A stretch of DNA of 64,000 nucleotides from Podarcis cretensis. Its lineage: Eukaryota. Made by a program: the position numbers and the translations under genes. Location: assembly GCA_951804945.1 (NCBI GenBank), contig OX638150.1, positions 51,150,001 through 51,214,000 of the forward strand, written 5' to 3'. A model generated the notes under the pieces. It saw only the letters and a program-made list of their open reading frames with translations, did no database searches and was not told the DNA's origin. Of this stretch, positions 52,001 to 62,260 are shown piece after piece (position 1 is the stretch's first letter; the number at the start of each line of letters is the position of its first letter).

Positions 52001-55000
52001 GCAGATTTGGTAGGTTGAATGTGAATGGAATCAAATTCCTCCCTCATCCTGATGGAAGACTCATTCAACACAGAGAAAAGAAGAAGAAAAGGAGCCGGCT
52101 GAGCTGCTAAAAAGCCAACCAAGACCAGCGCTTCAGTCCTCTGTTATGTTGCTGCATTATCCAATATTTCTCCTCGTATGTTTCCTAGTTTTAAAGGGCG
52201 GGAATACGGAAATCAGTGATGATCATGCAAATGGAGTGAATGAATCACTCAGTTGCTTACAGCTAAAAGCAACAAATGTCTTCCTCCCCTCCCTGTTCCA
52301 CCTTTGCAGAAATTCTCCAGTGCCTTCAGCGAGACACTCTCCCTGCTAATCTACGCATCCTCTGGAAGAGCTCCATGGAGATTTACAAGAACGTGTTGGC
52401 TGAGTCACTGCAGGATTTGCCTGTCACTAAAGTGATATGGGTATAAAATCAAATAACAGATTGATGCCATCTAATACAATTGTGTCAAGGAAGCTGGCCC
52501 CTTAAGCCCAGAGACCCACTCTCAGAGGAGAAGTAAAAGGTTCTGTGGGATTTGCAACCCAATCCTATGAGCCACTGGACTGAGGCGGCAGCTCATATAG
52601 GATCAAGCGCTAAGCTCCCAGTGCAAAAGAAATGCCCTTGGGCTGATCCCACTAGTGCCGCAGCATCCCTTGGCATCCATCACTTTTCACCTGGCCCTTG
52701 CTTCATGCTGCCAAATGGTACTGGGGGGAGACAGAGTCCCTCACCTTTCCGTCTAGCATGCTATGGTCTCTCCTGGTCCATAGGAGGTCTAGGGCTGGGA
52801 CAATCGTGTGCTGCCCAATTCTACAATTAAGTATGGACTACAAGGGATGTGTGTTGGGGGGAAACCCTCAATCTCTTAATGAAAGAGCAGGATAAAAATA
52901 GGACAGAGAGTTTCTGCTAGGAATAGGTCTGGTTTGTTTGTTTGTTTTAAATAAATTGTGACCATTTCCAAACATTGCTGCTCATTCATGCAAGTTTCGC
53001 ACAGCGTCTGCATGATGTCGTCCCCATCAAAATTCAATCCCATATTACTTCTCCATTTAGTCTACAGTTCCTTTGGTCCAGCAGCCAACTTGAAAAATAT
53101 GTCATAATTGCTTTTAGCTGGTTGCTTGATTTTATTGCTTTTAGTGATGTTTAGCTGCCTTGGCTTTATAGTTTTGTTTATTTTGCACTTTGCTTTATTG
53201 TGTTTTATTACCTTTTGCTGGATTGTATTCATACAGTGAAACTAGAAGGGGCTACTCTTCCTTTTTGATTTGGTTGAGAACATTAAGAGACACGCTGGCC
53301 TTGGAACTAGAAGCACTTCTCTTGCTGGGTACAAAAACATTAAGCACACTTTCCCCATGGTGTTTTGGAGGCACGGTGAGTCAGAGGTTCCCCACCCCTG
53401 AACTAGATACTCTAGCCACCAAATCCCACCTGCCTTTTCTGGACTTGGTTTGACCGACAAGTGAAGGAAGTCCCTAAGCCGTCTTAGCCTCACCTCTAGC
53501 AGAGATGCAGTTTCCAGACAGACCAAATCACAACCACCTTCTTTATTTTATACTGATTAAAATTACAGTCATTGTGAGAGCCCAGTGCTGCCTACTATGA
53601 ATACACTGCTTATTATAATTCAAAGGGGTGTGTGTCACTGTCGTTCCTTTAAGACTCATTAATCATCCATAGCTGGCTGCACATCTTAGAGCCATATGGG
53701 ACAACCAGAGGCGTAAGCATATGATGGCTGATTATGGCTGAGGATAGTTAGAGGCACACTTATGCCACACTTTGTCAAGAAGGATGATGGGAGCCTACTG
53801 CTTGGAGGGCAATAGGATCCTAGGCATTATTACCCTCCGGGCACCAAACTCCTGGGCATCCCCACCATCCTGTCTGATTTGTGATCGCTGCAGCTAGCAG
53901 GCTTAGTCTTCCTAGGAGACACCACCTCCGGTGCTCAGCACGAGCAAGACAACCCCCAAGAGGCTGAGTTTGCATGCCAAGATATGACTGGAAAAGACGG
54001 CAAAGGACTGTGCTCTGAATTTTTCTCAGAAGAAGAGGTTGCGCCATGCCCACAGGACCTCTCCATTGCCCCATGGCTCTGCAGCCATCATTACGCAACA
54101 CATCAGGCTCTCCTCTCCGCTTTGCCTTGTGCTCCAGGGTCACATGCAGACTCTTCCCAGAGTCCAGCTGATCTATTTCCAGCCAATCCCATCATCAGGA
54201 TTAGACAAGGAGTTCCCCTTGACCAGGCTCCAGGGATCCCCCTAGAGAGACGCAATTCAGGAAATCAAGGAGTAAAAAGAAGGTGCTGAATAAGGCTTGT
54301 CTCAAATGTTCTGGGAAATATGAAGGTCAGGTCCACTGTTTGTGTCTGTTTAGAGCAGCATAGGAGGCAGAGAAGAGAGATGTTTCTGAAAACGTGTCCT
54401 AAAATTGAGATACAGCAGCCTGGGAAGCTCACATTTGTTCTGTGTTTTCAGACATTTGGTTCCCCTCCATGTCAGTAGTGGAAACACAAGAAGTTGCCTT
54501 TTGCAGTTGAAGCGAAGGGACTCTTAGCCATTGAGCATGTCTCAGGAACTCAGCTCTGGAGAGCAAATCCAATGATCTTGCTCTTCTGGAAGTCTTCCAA
54601 CCTGCTCTGCATTCTGAAGCTTACAATCAGGTCATTTCTGCTACTGAGCTGCAGCAACATTTAAGAGGTTGCACGCCTAGTGCAGCTCAACTGGCCAAAT
54701 GCTTAGAATCAAGACACTCTTCGCAGTACTGCCCTCCTTTGTACCAGGCTGTAAGATTAAAACACATTTCCAGGGCTGCTCCGCATGACTGGCTTGACTG
54801 TGTGGGGCAGACAGATGGGAAGGAAGGACGACTGAATTGCAGCTGGCAAACTGACTTAATGCTTAAGCTCCTGGCCTTCAGAGGCTCCTTCATACGCTCT
54901 GGGTCTTAGGAGCCTTTTAGTGTGGGTCTTTGAAGAGTCAGATGGTTGGATGTGTGGCAGCTCCATGTCAATTTCACTCTGGAGATAGGCCTTTATTAAA

Positions 55001-58000
55001 GTCTGGGAAGCAGATGGCCAGTGCAGGTGTGGAGAGGCAAAAGCTTGACATGAAACTGACAAGCACCTAACCATGCAAAAGTGGCGTGTCCATGGATCTT
55101 TCAAACTCTACGAAAAGGATCGTCTGTGGCAGGACTGGCAGGCCTCATTAAGTCCCTGCCAGGGCTCAGTTTCTGAGGAGAGAAGTGCCAAATTCAAGCC
55201 TTCCATCTGCCTTCCTCCTTGTTCCTAAATTGATTGTGACAGACTGCAGTTGCTCAGGGGAAAACTCTGCACATGCTCTGAGAAATTTGTCTTTACCATT
55301 TCTTCACATATTTCAGGGATCAGATGTGGCACTGAAAACAGATTCTGGAGCTGAATCTGTGCCCCAGCATGAGCTAAACCCCATTTAAATTCAGTGGGTG
55401 GTATTCAACTAAATTTTATTCAGAACAGACCCATTCCAATGAATGACTACATTAGGACCATTAATTTAAAACTTAGTTGAATGCCACCCAGTGGCTGCAT
55501 GCTTTAGGGGAAATTAATTCATTCTCTCTCTCTCTTTCTTAAAAAAAAAAGGACTTTAAAAGTAATCTTCACTTATTCATGTTAAAGGAAGACCCAGCAC
55601 AGTTTTAATCCACCTGGCTTGATGTTTACATTAACACAATGCTTCTGTTCTGCCATTCACTTAGACCCTTCCAACACCCTGGAGTGTCAACACTTTAATT
55701 ATCTCACTCCACAAACCCTGTGGGTCCTGGAATGCTTGCCCTGGGCTCCCAAGTTTCTCTTTGCAGTCACAGCCTTCATCCACCATGAATTCCTTTTGCC
55801 TGCTAGCACACTGCTGCATAGCTAACAGCTGTGCAGGATTTGTTGCCACAGCAACAGAGAGAGGCAGGGTGTGGAACCTGGTGACAGAGCATTCTCTCAG
55901 GTAGATGGATGGAGAGGAGCAGCTGAGAAATGAGCTCATGTCACCTGGAGGGCAGGTAGGGTAATTGATGGCTATTGCAGCCACAGAGACAGTCAAACAG
56001 CATTGCTGAAATGCCTGGGACTTGGGAGAGGAGATACATACCTCGGAAGCTGCCTTACAGTGAGTCAGATCACTGATCCACCCAGCTCAGTATTGTCTGC
56101 ACTTGACGGGCAGCAGCTCTCTGGGATGGGAGACAGGTCTCCAGGATTTGGGGCTTTAATATTTCAACAACACTCTGTGCGACACCAAAATCTGGTCCCC
56201 CCTTCCATTGTTTGCCATTGTTGCAGTGCCTGCTGTGATACCCTCTCAGCTTGGCACTCAGTGCAGGCAAACCAGCCGTGCTCCCCTAAATACACCTCTG
56301 CCGGGATGTCAGACAGGGAATACTCCTAGCCCTACAGGGAGATGCTGGGGATCAAACTTAGGACCTTCTGCATGCAAAGCAGGTGCTCTAGCTCTGAGCT
56401 ACAGCTCCTCCTTTTCTTCAGGAGCACTTGCAGGTGATCAGGAGTGATAAAATCAAAATCCCAAGAAGAAGGTCTTCTGTTGCAGGCTGGGAGCACAGAT
56501 TGGGCACTTGATGGACAAAATGCCTGGCTACTTTTGCCTAATTTATTTACGCACTTCAAGAGGTTACCATAATATCATTTATACTGATCTGTGATGTGTT
56601 CATATCTGGAATTCTGTGCACGGTTCTAGCTGCTGCATGCCAGAAAGGATATTGTAGATGTGGAAAAGGTACAGATAAAGGCCACGTACCCCAAAATGAC
56701 CAAGGGACTGGAGCAACTTCCCTATCAGGAAAGATCTGGGACTTCTTAGTTTAGCAAAAAGGCAAGAAAGTGGGGAAAACACACAATAAAGGTTAATAAA
56801 ATTATGCATAGTGGGGAGACTGTCGATAGAAGATGTCTCCCAGCCTCATACTATAAGAACCTGTGATCATCCAGTGAAGCTAAACATTGGAAGATTCAAG
56901 ACAGATGAAACAAAGGACTTCTTCATAGTTAAACGATGGAATTTGTTCCTTCATTGCATAGTGATGGCTATCAACTTAAGCAATAGGCAAATTCAGGAAG
57001 GATGAACCTGTCCTTGGCTGCTTCTCATGACGGGAATCTGCGGCAGCATGACTCTGAATACCAGTTGCTGGAGAATAATAGCAGGAGTGAGCGATGGTGC
57101 TCATAGCCTGATTATGGGCTTCCCAAAGGCATCTGGTTGGCCGCTATGGGAAACAGGATGGTGGGCTTGATAGGTCTTTGGTCTGACTCAGCAGCGCTCT
57201 TCTGATATGGGTCTGGCACTTTATCAGAAGCTGAGGAATTCTGTGGTTACCTAAAATGTGTTGGTGCAAATTGGAGACATTTGCCTGAAATGGCTTCATT
57301 TGCCTACTTCATTTTGATTCAACAAATGTTCTTTTTCCAGAAATGATTAAAGTTTCTAATATAATTTGCTGCTGACTGAGGAAAGAAGGTTGGGATTCAC
57401 TGGCTGATCAAGAGGGATTCAACCTTGGCATTAACAGCACCACACGCTAACCAACTGAGCTATTTACAACAGATACTGCATTCCTCATACCTTTTCAGTG
57501 TGTTTTCCTCTGTCATCATGAGGAATAGGAACAAACTTTCAGAAAAACCCCAATGATACTTGGATCTGGAGGATGGCACTGCAGCCAACAGATTATAAAT
57601 GAAAACGCACATTCCATGCTATGCAATTCAGACACAGCCGTGCCAATTTTTAGCACTCCCCACTCCAGTTATATATAGACTGCTATATTTAGCATCCTCC
57701 AGGCTTGCCTATATAATCATAATGCACAGTTGCTGATTCTCCTCCTGTCACTCAGATTCTGAAGTGCAACATACACCCTTCCAGAAAACCAGTCCCTTAC
57801 AACAGGGCTGGTGAACTTGTGGCCCTTCAGATATTTCTGGACTCCAGCTCCTATCATCCCCAGCCAGCATGACCAATGGTCAAGGAGGATGGGGGTTGAA
57901 GTCCAGCATCACTTGGAGAGCCAGCAGTCTTTTACCCCAGCTTTACACTGATGACATGATTACAATTTTTATTTTACTTTTGGGGTAAAATCAGCATCAG

Positions 58001-61000
58001 AGCCTAGACAGTGCCAGGAACAAAAAACACACACAAACAAAAACAAAACACCAAACCACCTGACTTGATAGCCCTTTCTTAGATCATTCAATAGTTATCC
58101 ATGTATCCAGTACCATTTCTCTAGAAAAAGAGGAGCCAGAACTTACTATGGACACCTTTCTTGTTCTTTTATAATGGCAATGGTGCCCACCCGAGAGGGG
58201 CCAGAACTGAGTTCCGGCTGGGAAAAAAGCCCTGCATGTAATCCCTGTGTAACGGGAAGTGTCACAAGTCTGAGCGGCACCATGTACCTTTCCTTAAGCC
58301 AGAAAGGGGAAAAAATAATGTCCTGTGTATCTCTTACTAACACAAAGCTCAGCTTCCCTGATATCACAACAACAATACTATTGGTGTTAGAGAAAAGGCC
58401 CTGTCCGCACTGAACTCACCTCCAGGACTCTGCCACTGATGTACCGGTTGCAGGTCTCACATTTAATGCCAAATTGGGCATGGTAGTCAGATTCACAGTA
58501 TGGAATGCCATCCCTGTGGGAAAAGATTCAGGCTATGAGGCTTAAAAGAGGGGAAAGGATAGTCAAGAATCTCCCCCCACCCCTCAGCAGAATTTCTATT
58601 GTATGATGCTGAACTGTGACCTGTGCTCAAGTGAAGGGCACCAAGGGGAAAAGCAGCCTGCCAGGAGCTTATTTTGGTGCCCAGTCAGAAACTCTAGTTA
58701 AGTTCACAAAGGCTGCTTTACATTATTGGGGTTGAGGAGGCTCATTTCCCCTGATCTCAGACTTTCCACTCCTTGCCTCTTCTCGTCTCACTCCCCATGC
58801 TGTAGGACATATTTCCACCACAACTCTGCCTCCTCTTCATTGTTGCATTGCACAGGACAGGGAAGGGAAGGGTTATATGGAAGGTTTCAGCTTTGTGCCT
58901 CTGCACAGTTCCCAGGAGACAGCAGGAGGGCGGTTTCTAGGGCACAAAGGTGCCCTGTGGCAAGGGAGATGCTCACACCAAAGAGGCGTATGAGTCTAGC
59001 CTCCTGCTTTTATTGCTCTCAAAAGGTTTTCAGGGACTTAGGTTGTTTCCCTGTTCCCATGGTCTCTTAGAACACCAGTTGTTCTAAGACACCAGTCACT
59101 CCTGGTGGTAGGATAAAACCTTATGGGACAGCTAGATTTTGAACTGGAGAGTCATTGCATAAGGGTACCATGGAACTAGTATTGCCTGAATCTGCTCCTA
59201 ACCTGCTTTGACCCGGTTCAGAGACCAATGCAAGCGTGGAGTTCTTTATGTACCAGGGTTTGCATCAGGGATTGGTTGAGCAGTGAATGAGCTCTTCAGG
59301 GGAACACTGCCCTAGCCACCTGCTCTCAGCCATGTTAGACTGATTCAGAAATACACACAACGGGTGAATTTGGATGACCGTATATTGGCTTAATAAGCCA
59401 AGATCAGAACAAGCCTGCTGGCTGTGCACACACTCCCTTCAACCCTCCCTCTGCCATGGCAGCAAACAAACCAGGAAGATTTCCACTAGCTATAGTTTCC
59501 TTCTTCATACAAACTCGGAAACTATGGTTAACTGGTTTAGAACAAGGCAGGATATTCAGCCAAGTGTCATCATCTTAACACCTTTAAATAAAAAAATATG
59601 TGGTGTGATTGCTACTCTATACACTTCTAGTTACGAAATCTGAAAAAGGATACTGTACAAAGCAACCCTACCATCAACACTGGAGAGTGTTGGGCTTTTC
59701 TGTTAAAAGATGGAGGGAACCTGGAAATGTACGTTGTTGGAGAGCTCTTCTTGCTCTTAATTTCAAGCCACGATTTACTATTCTGTCATGTTCTGAAGAC
59801 ATTAACTGCAGTTTCCTCATTTGTGCAAAATGAGAAGTTATGGTTAATGAAAGACTTCCAGATCTGTTTGCTCACTCTTGCAAAGGGAGGGGGGCTATGA
59901 TATGGAGATGTGCTAATGATCTTAATGCAGTCTATACACAATGAAGTAGTAACCGAGTGCAGTGGCCATCCAAAAGCAAGAAAGAACTGTGACCATGCTT
60001 AGCCCAATGGAGAGCAGGCCCCTGACTTATGCTTGAGCTCTGACATTGTAATCAGAGGGAAAAGCACGAGGAGTTTTGATAAAGGAGACTAAAGGAGGCA
60101 GGCAGGCAGGCAGGCAGGAAATGTCTGTAGACTTTTCTTTGAGGAGGGTTAAGTCTGACAAAACCTGCTTCACACATTACGCTTTCTACACAATCATTCA
60201 TATTTGTTTAGGAAAGGGAGGGGGAGGGAACTTGTAAAATATAATGGTTGAATTGCTATGTGACTATTATTTTATTTTATTGGCCTGCTGCATATATACT
60301 GGGAATCAAACTCAGCTCTCAGAAAGACATCCACACGTTGTGCTAGCACAAGGATATGTCTTTGTGTGAAAGGATTCAGAAGATCCTTTGCCCTATTATG
60401 CCTAGATTACTCCAGGGCTAAAAGTGTCCATTGATTAACCAGTGTGTATTGAGTAATTAAATCACTAACTGCACAGTAAAAATGTAATGTGGCTTTTAAA
60501 TGGGATTCTAGCAGACGCTGTCCAGTGACTTTCAGTACTGATGGCAGTTTTACAAACAATTATCTTGAGGGAATTTAAGATAGCTTTACTGCCAATGAAA
60601 GTAATTTCTCTGCATTACTCAGTCAAGAGAAAACGTTGTTCTCCTTATATAGCCTCAAATATTTCCTGGCACTGTCTATAATGTCACAGCTTCAACTCTC
60701 ATCCATCTACACACAGGAGATAGGTGCAGTATTTACTGCAGCAGTCCTCTGGCCTGTCAAATTACTTTTGTAGGAAAGGTGATCTGCTGGTTCCCTCCAG
60801 GTAGATGCAAAAGGAGGCTGCATATCTTTCCCGAGAAAGAGATGTGCAACTCCCCTCTTTGTGCATTACACAGGGAATGAAAAAGAAGAGGCACAGAAGA
60901 GGCACTCTTTCTTTCACAGCTTGGCTGCAACATACAAAGTTGAACGAGAGATGCCAGGTGGTGCAGCCTGGAGACCTTTTCCAAGGGCACAGGTCAAATG

Positions 61001-61208
61001 CTGAGCTTTGAAGCAATCCCCACCCACTCAGCAGAGAGATGAGGAATGTGGGCCAGCAGGCCATGGGGAGGAGACACGCACTTGCTGATGTATTCTCCAG
61101 TCAGGACGATCCCACAGGTTTGGCACTTGAAGCAGCTGACATGCCACTGTTTCTCCAGGGCCAGGAGAGACTGACCTTGCTTGATCTCCTCCTTGCAACC
61201 TGCACATT
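15587..61208 (-). CDS. ABLIM3: Actin-binding LIM protein 3, spliced CDS (19 exons in window; 5' exons lie beyond position 64000)
   Basis: 19 exons, all with AG/GT boundaries and compatible phases, join into one ORF (1607 nt) from [22 protein letters not shown]... to ...[14 protein letters not shown], which I recognise as ABLIM3. Confidence 0.97.
15863..16413. mobile_element. Non-autonomous hAT-type DNA transposon containing (AAT)n
   Basis: TIRs cagtgtttttcaacc / ggttgaaaacctctg; imperfect 8-bp TSD atctaatc / atctaact. Confidence 0.75.
16199..16264. repeat. (AAT)n microsatellite, ~21 units
   Basis: Direct reading; source of the poly-N, poly-Y and poly-L ORFs. Confidence 0.98.
17367..17410. 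repeat. Interrupted (AAT)n microsatellite
   Basis: Direct reading. Confidence 0.93.
18316..18396 (-). CDS. ABLIM3: ABLIM3 exon (~23): [27 protein letters not shown] (villin headpiece N-subdomain)
   Basis: 81 nt; cctgtag| and |gtaagc. Confidence 0.97.
18911..18918 (-). CDS. ABLIM3: ABLIM3 8-nt micro-exon (~22): (G)AA TAC AAG = EYK
   Basis: cttacag|AATACAAG|gtaaca, with a long pyrimidine tract and ctgac branch point; needed to bridge the phase-1 donor at 20355 and the phase-0 acceptor at 18396. Confidence 0.92.
20355..20415 (-). CDS. ABLIM3: ABLIM3 exon (~21): [20 protein letters not shown]
   Basis: 61 nt; tctgcag| and |gtgagt; inside ORF 20296..20508. Confidence 0.95.
20605..20730 (+). mobile_element. 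tRNA-Lys(CTT)-derived SINE with CR1-like tail
   Basis: catgaggttcttaatctctaggttgtgggttcaagccccacgttgggc resembles the 3' two-thirds of tRNA-Lys; ends attctacgattctatg. Confidence 0.7.
20831..21081. mobile_element. Tc1/pogo-type MITE, sister family with a different CpG-rich interior
   Basis: TA|CAGTCATACCTC ... GAGGTACCACTG|TA. Confidence 0.8.
22066..22124 (-). CDS. ABLIM3: ABLIM3 exon (~20): [20 protein letters not shown]
   Basis: 59 nt; gtttcag| and |gtaaga; motif [13 protein letters not shown]. Confidence 0.96.
23014..23043 (-). CDS. ABLIM3: ABLIM3 30-nt exon (~19): [10 protein letters not shown]
   Basis: tccacag| and |gtacgt; phase 1-1. Confidence 0.93.
23800..24041. mobile_element. Tc1/pogo(Tigger)-type MITE
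   Basis: TA|CAGTTGTACCTTGGGTTA ... TAACCCAAGGTACCACTG|TA; TIRs and TA TSD. Confidence 0.9.
26006..26153 (-). CDS. ABLIM3: ABLIM3 exon (~18): [49 protein letters not shown]
   Basis: 148 nt; gtgatag| and |gtaagc; family motif [11 protein letters not shown]. Confidence 0.96.
27096..27160 (-). CDS. ABLIM3: ABLIM3 exon (~17): [22 protein letters not shown]
   Basis: 65 nt; tttgtag| and |gtgagt. Confidence 0.95.
27513..28083 (+). mobile_element. CR1 LINE, 5'-truncated, young (RT C-terminus, 3' UTR and tail)
   Basis: ORF 27533..27997 [43 protein letters not shown] is typical CR1 ORF2; ends in (ATTCTATG)n. Confidence 0.96.
28335..28469 (-). CDS. ABLIM3: ABLIM3 exon (~16): [45 protein letters not shown]
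   Basis: 135 nt; tttgcag| and |gtaaca; inside ORF 28162..28491. Confidence 0.96.
29096..29338 (-). mobile_element. Young tRNA-derived CORE-type SINE (Squam3-like) with (TTC)n tail
   Basis: Minus strand begins TGGTGTAGTGGTTAAGAGC (A box), then GGGTTCGCTTCTCC (B box) and core GGGTGACCTTGGGC; tail (gaa)n on plus strand. Confidence 0.8.
29541..29720 (+). mobile_element. tRNA-Ala-like SINE (minus-strand relatives at ~47125-47310 and ~56040-56410)
   Basis: gcatgctttgcatgcagaagttcccaggttccatcccaggtatctcca resembles tRNA-Ala(TGC) anticodon and T arms; body shared among three copies. Confidence 0.65.
31125..31291 (-). mobile_element. Sauria SINE, 5' ~167 nt only
   Basis: Reverse complement GGGACGCGGGTGGCGCTGTGGGTTAAACCACTGAGCCTAGGGCTTGCTGAT...GTAGATAAATAGGTAC is the Sauria SINE head; flanked by an 11-bp direct repeat ttttatttctg. 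Confidence 0.9.
32650..33085 (+). mobile_element. Old L2-type LINE 3' fragment
   Basis: cattggcttcctgtg...aagctcctcatccttgcattcaaagcc ([14 protein letters not shown]) and ctttagattg..agcccctt 3' motif. Confidence 0.5.
33425..33475 (-). CDS. ABLIM3: ABLIM3 exon (~15): [17 protein letters not shown]
   Basis: 51 nt; cctccag| and |gtacag; family motif [10 protein letters not shown]. Confidence 0.94.
35182..35284 (-). promoter_or_regulatory. Intronic RBFOX (UGCAUG) element cluster
   Basis: Transcribed-strand TGCATG at 35237, 35259, 35275 and 35279, plus GCATG at 35263 and 35182; 70-170 nt downstream of the 99-nt exon. Confidence 0.65.
35354..35452 (-). CDS. ABLIM3: ABLIM3 exon (~14): [33 protein letters not shown]
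   Basis: 99 nt, phase 1-1; weak tttcaag| acceptor, |gtaggc donor; inside ORF 35322..35768. Confidence 0.94.
36455..36584 (-). CDS. ABLIM3: ABLIM3 exon (~13): [43 protein letters not shown]
   Basis: 130 nt; ttcccag| and |gtaagc; inside ORF 36204..36728. Confidence 0.96.
36796..36931. mobile_element. Palindromic hAT-type MITE (near-perfect ~57-bp arms)
   Basis: cagtgatggccaaa...tttggccatcactg; TSD ccctaaag / ccctagag. Confidence 0.88.
37176..37244. repeat. Compound (GT)n(GA)n microsatellite
   Basis: Direct reading. Confidence 0.97.
37462..37491 (-). CDS. ABLIM3: ABLIM3 30-nt exon (~12): [10 protein letters not shown]
   Basis: cttctag| and |gtaatc; phase 0-0; matches the expected peptide. 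Confidence 0.93.
38260..38495. mobile_element. Tc1/pogo(Tigger)-type MITE, second copy of the same family
   Basis: TA|CAGTGGTACCTC ... GAGGTACCACTG|TA; internal sequence colinear with 23800-24041. Confidence 0.9.
40109..40264 (-). CDS. ABLIM3: ABLIM3 exon (~11): [52 protein letters not shown]
   Basis: 156 nt; tccttag| and |gtacag; conserved abLIM/dematin motif YKDLAALPK; inside ORF 40052..40258. Confidence 0.97.
40847..40918 (-). CDS. ABLIM3: ABLIM3 exon (~10): [24 protein letters not shown]
   Basis: 72 nt; acacag| and |gtaagt. Confidence 0.95.
41706..42062 (+). mobile_element. L2-type LINE 3' end with (TAC)n tail
   Basis: [19 protein letters not shown]...TFRRHLK-type RT C-terminus, then 3' UTR and trinucleotide tail. 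Confidence 0.75.
43237..43295 (-). CDS. ABLIM3: ABLIM3 exon (~9): [20 protein letters not shown]
   Basis: 59 nt; gttccag| and |gtaaga; peptide visible inside ORF 43138..43359. Confidence 0.96.
45786..45931. mobile_element. Young hAT-type MITE, copy 1
   Basis: TIR CAGTGGCGTAG; perfect 8-bp TSD caggagcc. Confidence 0.92.
45969..46000. repeat. (CT)n microsatellite
   Basis: Direct reading. Confidence 0.97.
46858..47015. mobile_element. Young hAT-type MITE, copy 2
   Basis: TIR CAGTGGCGTAGCGTGGG; perfect 8-bp TSD atcagact; near-identical to copy 1. Confidence 0.92.
48376..48463 (-). CDS. ABLIM3: ABLIM3 exon (~8): [29 protein letters not shown]
   Basis: 88 nt; tgtttag| and |gtagga; LIM4 core. 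Confidence 0.96.
49302..49568. mobile_element. MITE with AGGGCT..TCCACACTT TIRs (possibly Harbinger-like); second copy at ~38830-39087
   Basis: Ends cagggctcatccacacttc / gaagtgtggacaagccctg; the two copies share an interior with an internal inverted repeat (tgaatcagagc...gctctgattt). Confidence 0.65.
56570..57010 (+). mobile_element. Old degenerate CR1 3' fragment
   Basis: Decayed similarity to the 27.5 kb CR1 (catatctggaattctgtgcacggttctag...; GHPVKL..GRFKTD-like translation). Confidence 0.65.
58420..58513 (-). CDS. ABLIM3: ABLIM3 exon (~7): [31 protein letters not shown]
   Basis: 94 nt; cccacag| and |gtgagt; end of LIM3 and start of LIM4. Confidence 0.96.
61082..61208 (-). CDS. ABLIM3: ABLIM3 exon (~6), LIM3: [42 protein letters not shown]
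   Basis: 127 nt; ttcccag| acceptor, |gtgcgt donor; LIM C-x2-C...H-x2-C-x2-C-x2-C pattern. Confidence 0.96.
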
Positions 61209-62222
61209 CTGGGAAGCCAACGAAGCAGAATTAACAACACAGCAGCAGCATCCTGAACAGTTTAAGAAGCAGACACTGAAGGACAGCTGTGCCTACCAAT
61301 GGCATCCTGCCTTGCAGAATCATGGACAACACTAATTTGAATGACAGGGCATGCAGTAAAGGGTACAGACATTCTGGGAGCCCTGTGCCATTTTCAGGGT
61401 CCTGTCCTAATTTAATGCAAGGAGTAGCTATTTATCTAGCACAGCAATGAAGGACCTCAGGGCCAGGAGGGGAGTATAGCCCTCCAGGCCTCTTTGTCTG
61501 GCCCTCAGAATTTTCCCCATACCCCTCACTAGACCTGCTTCACATCTTTTGCCTGGCTGGAATATGTCCTTGAAATCTGATGATGCATTTTTCTTGCCTG
61601 AATGGAGGAAAAAAGAGGGGTGTATGTGTAGAAACTAGCCTACTTGCCATGTCACAGGGAGGTGACATAGGGGAGTCCTCACCAAAGGACCAGGAGGTGT
61701 TGGCCTTACACCAAGCCCTGGGTCAGGCTCCAACAGGGGTGAGGAGCCAAGGTCTCATGAAGAGGTAAAGGAGGGGCCAGGCACACTCAGGGTCAGCTCA
61801 GCCTCTGACATGAGGGAATGGCAGATTGGAAACCTGTCTCATCCAAAGAAGTGCCTGGCTACAGACAAGGGCTCCTCAGGAGTAAAGGTCTCCTTGAGAG
61901 GAAAGCCCTCCTCTGCAAGAAGGCAGGTGATAAGAGTCAGCCTCTGCACATTCTAATCACGAGCTGTTCTGACCTTGCTGCTTGCCTGACCCTTGTTGTA
62001 AGCTCTGCATGCTTGGACCCTGACCTTGGACTGGCCCTGGATGCTCAGGAGCCCAGTGAGAACAGGGCACTGCTTTACAGAGGGAGTTTTTGCATTAGTG
62101 GCTCTACCCACTTTTGCGTCTGGGTCCCGCCTATCACAGGAATGTGGGCCCCAGAAGGTTGTCCAGAAGGGAACAGTGGAGAATGGCACAAAGTGGCTCC
62201 CAAAATAATTCTTGAGCTACAG

Positions 62223-62224
<2 letters not shown>

Positions 62225-62258
<34 letters not shown>
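62225..62258. repeat. (CA)n microsatellite
   Basis: Direct reading. Confidence 0.97.
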
Positions 62259-62260
<2 letters not shown>
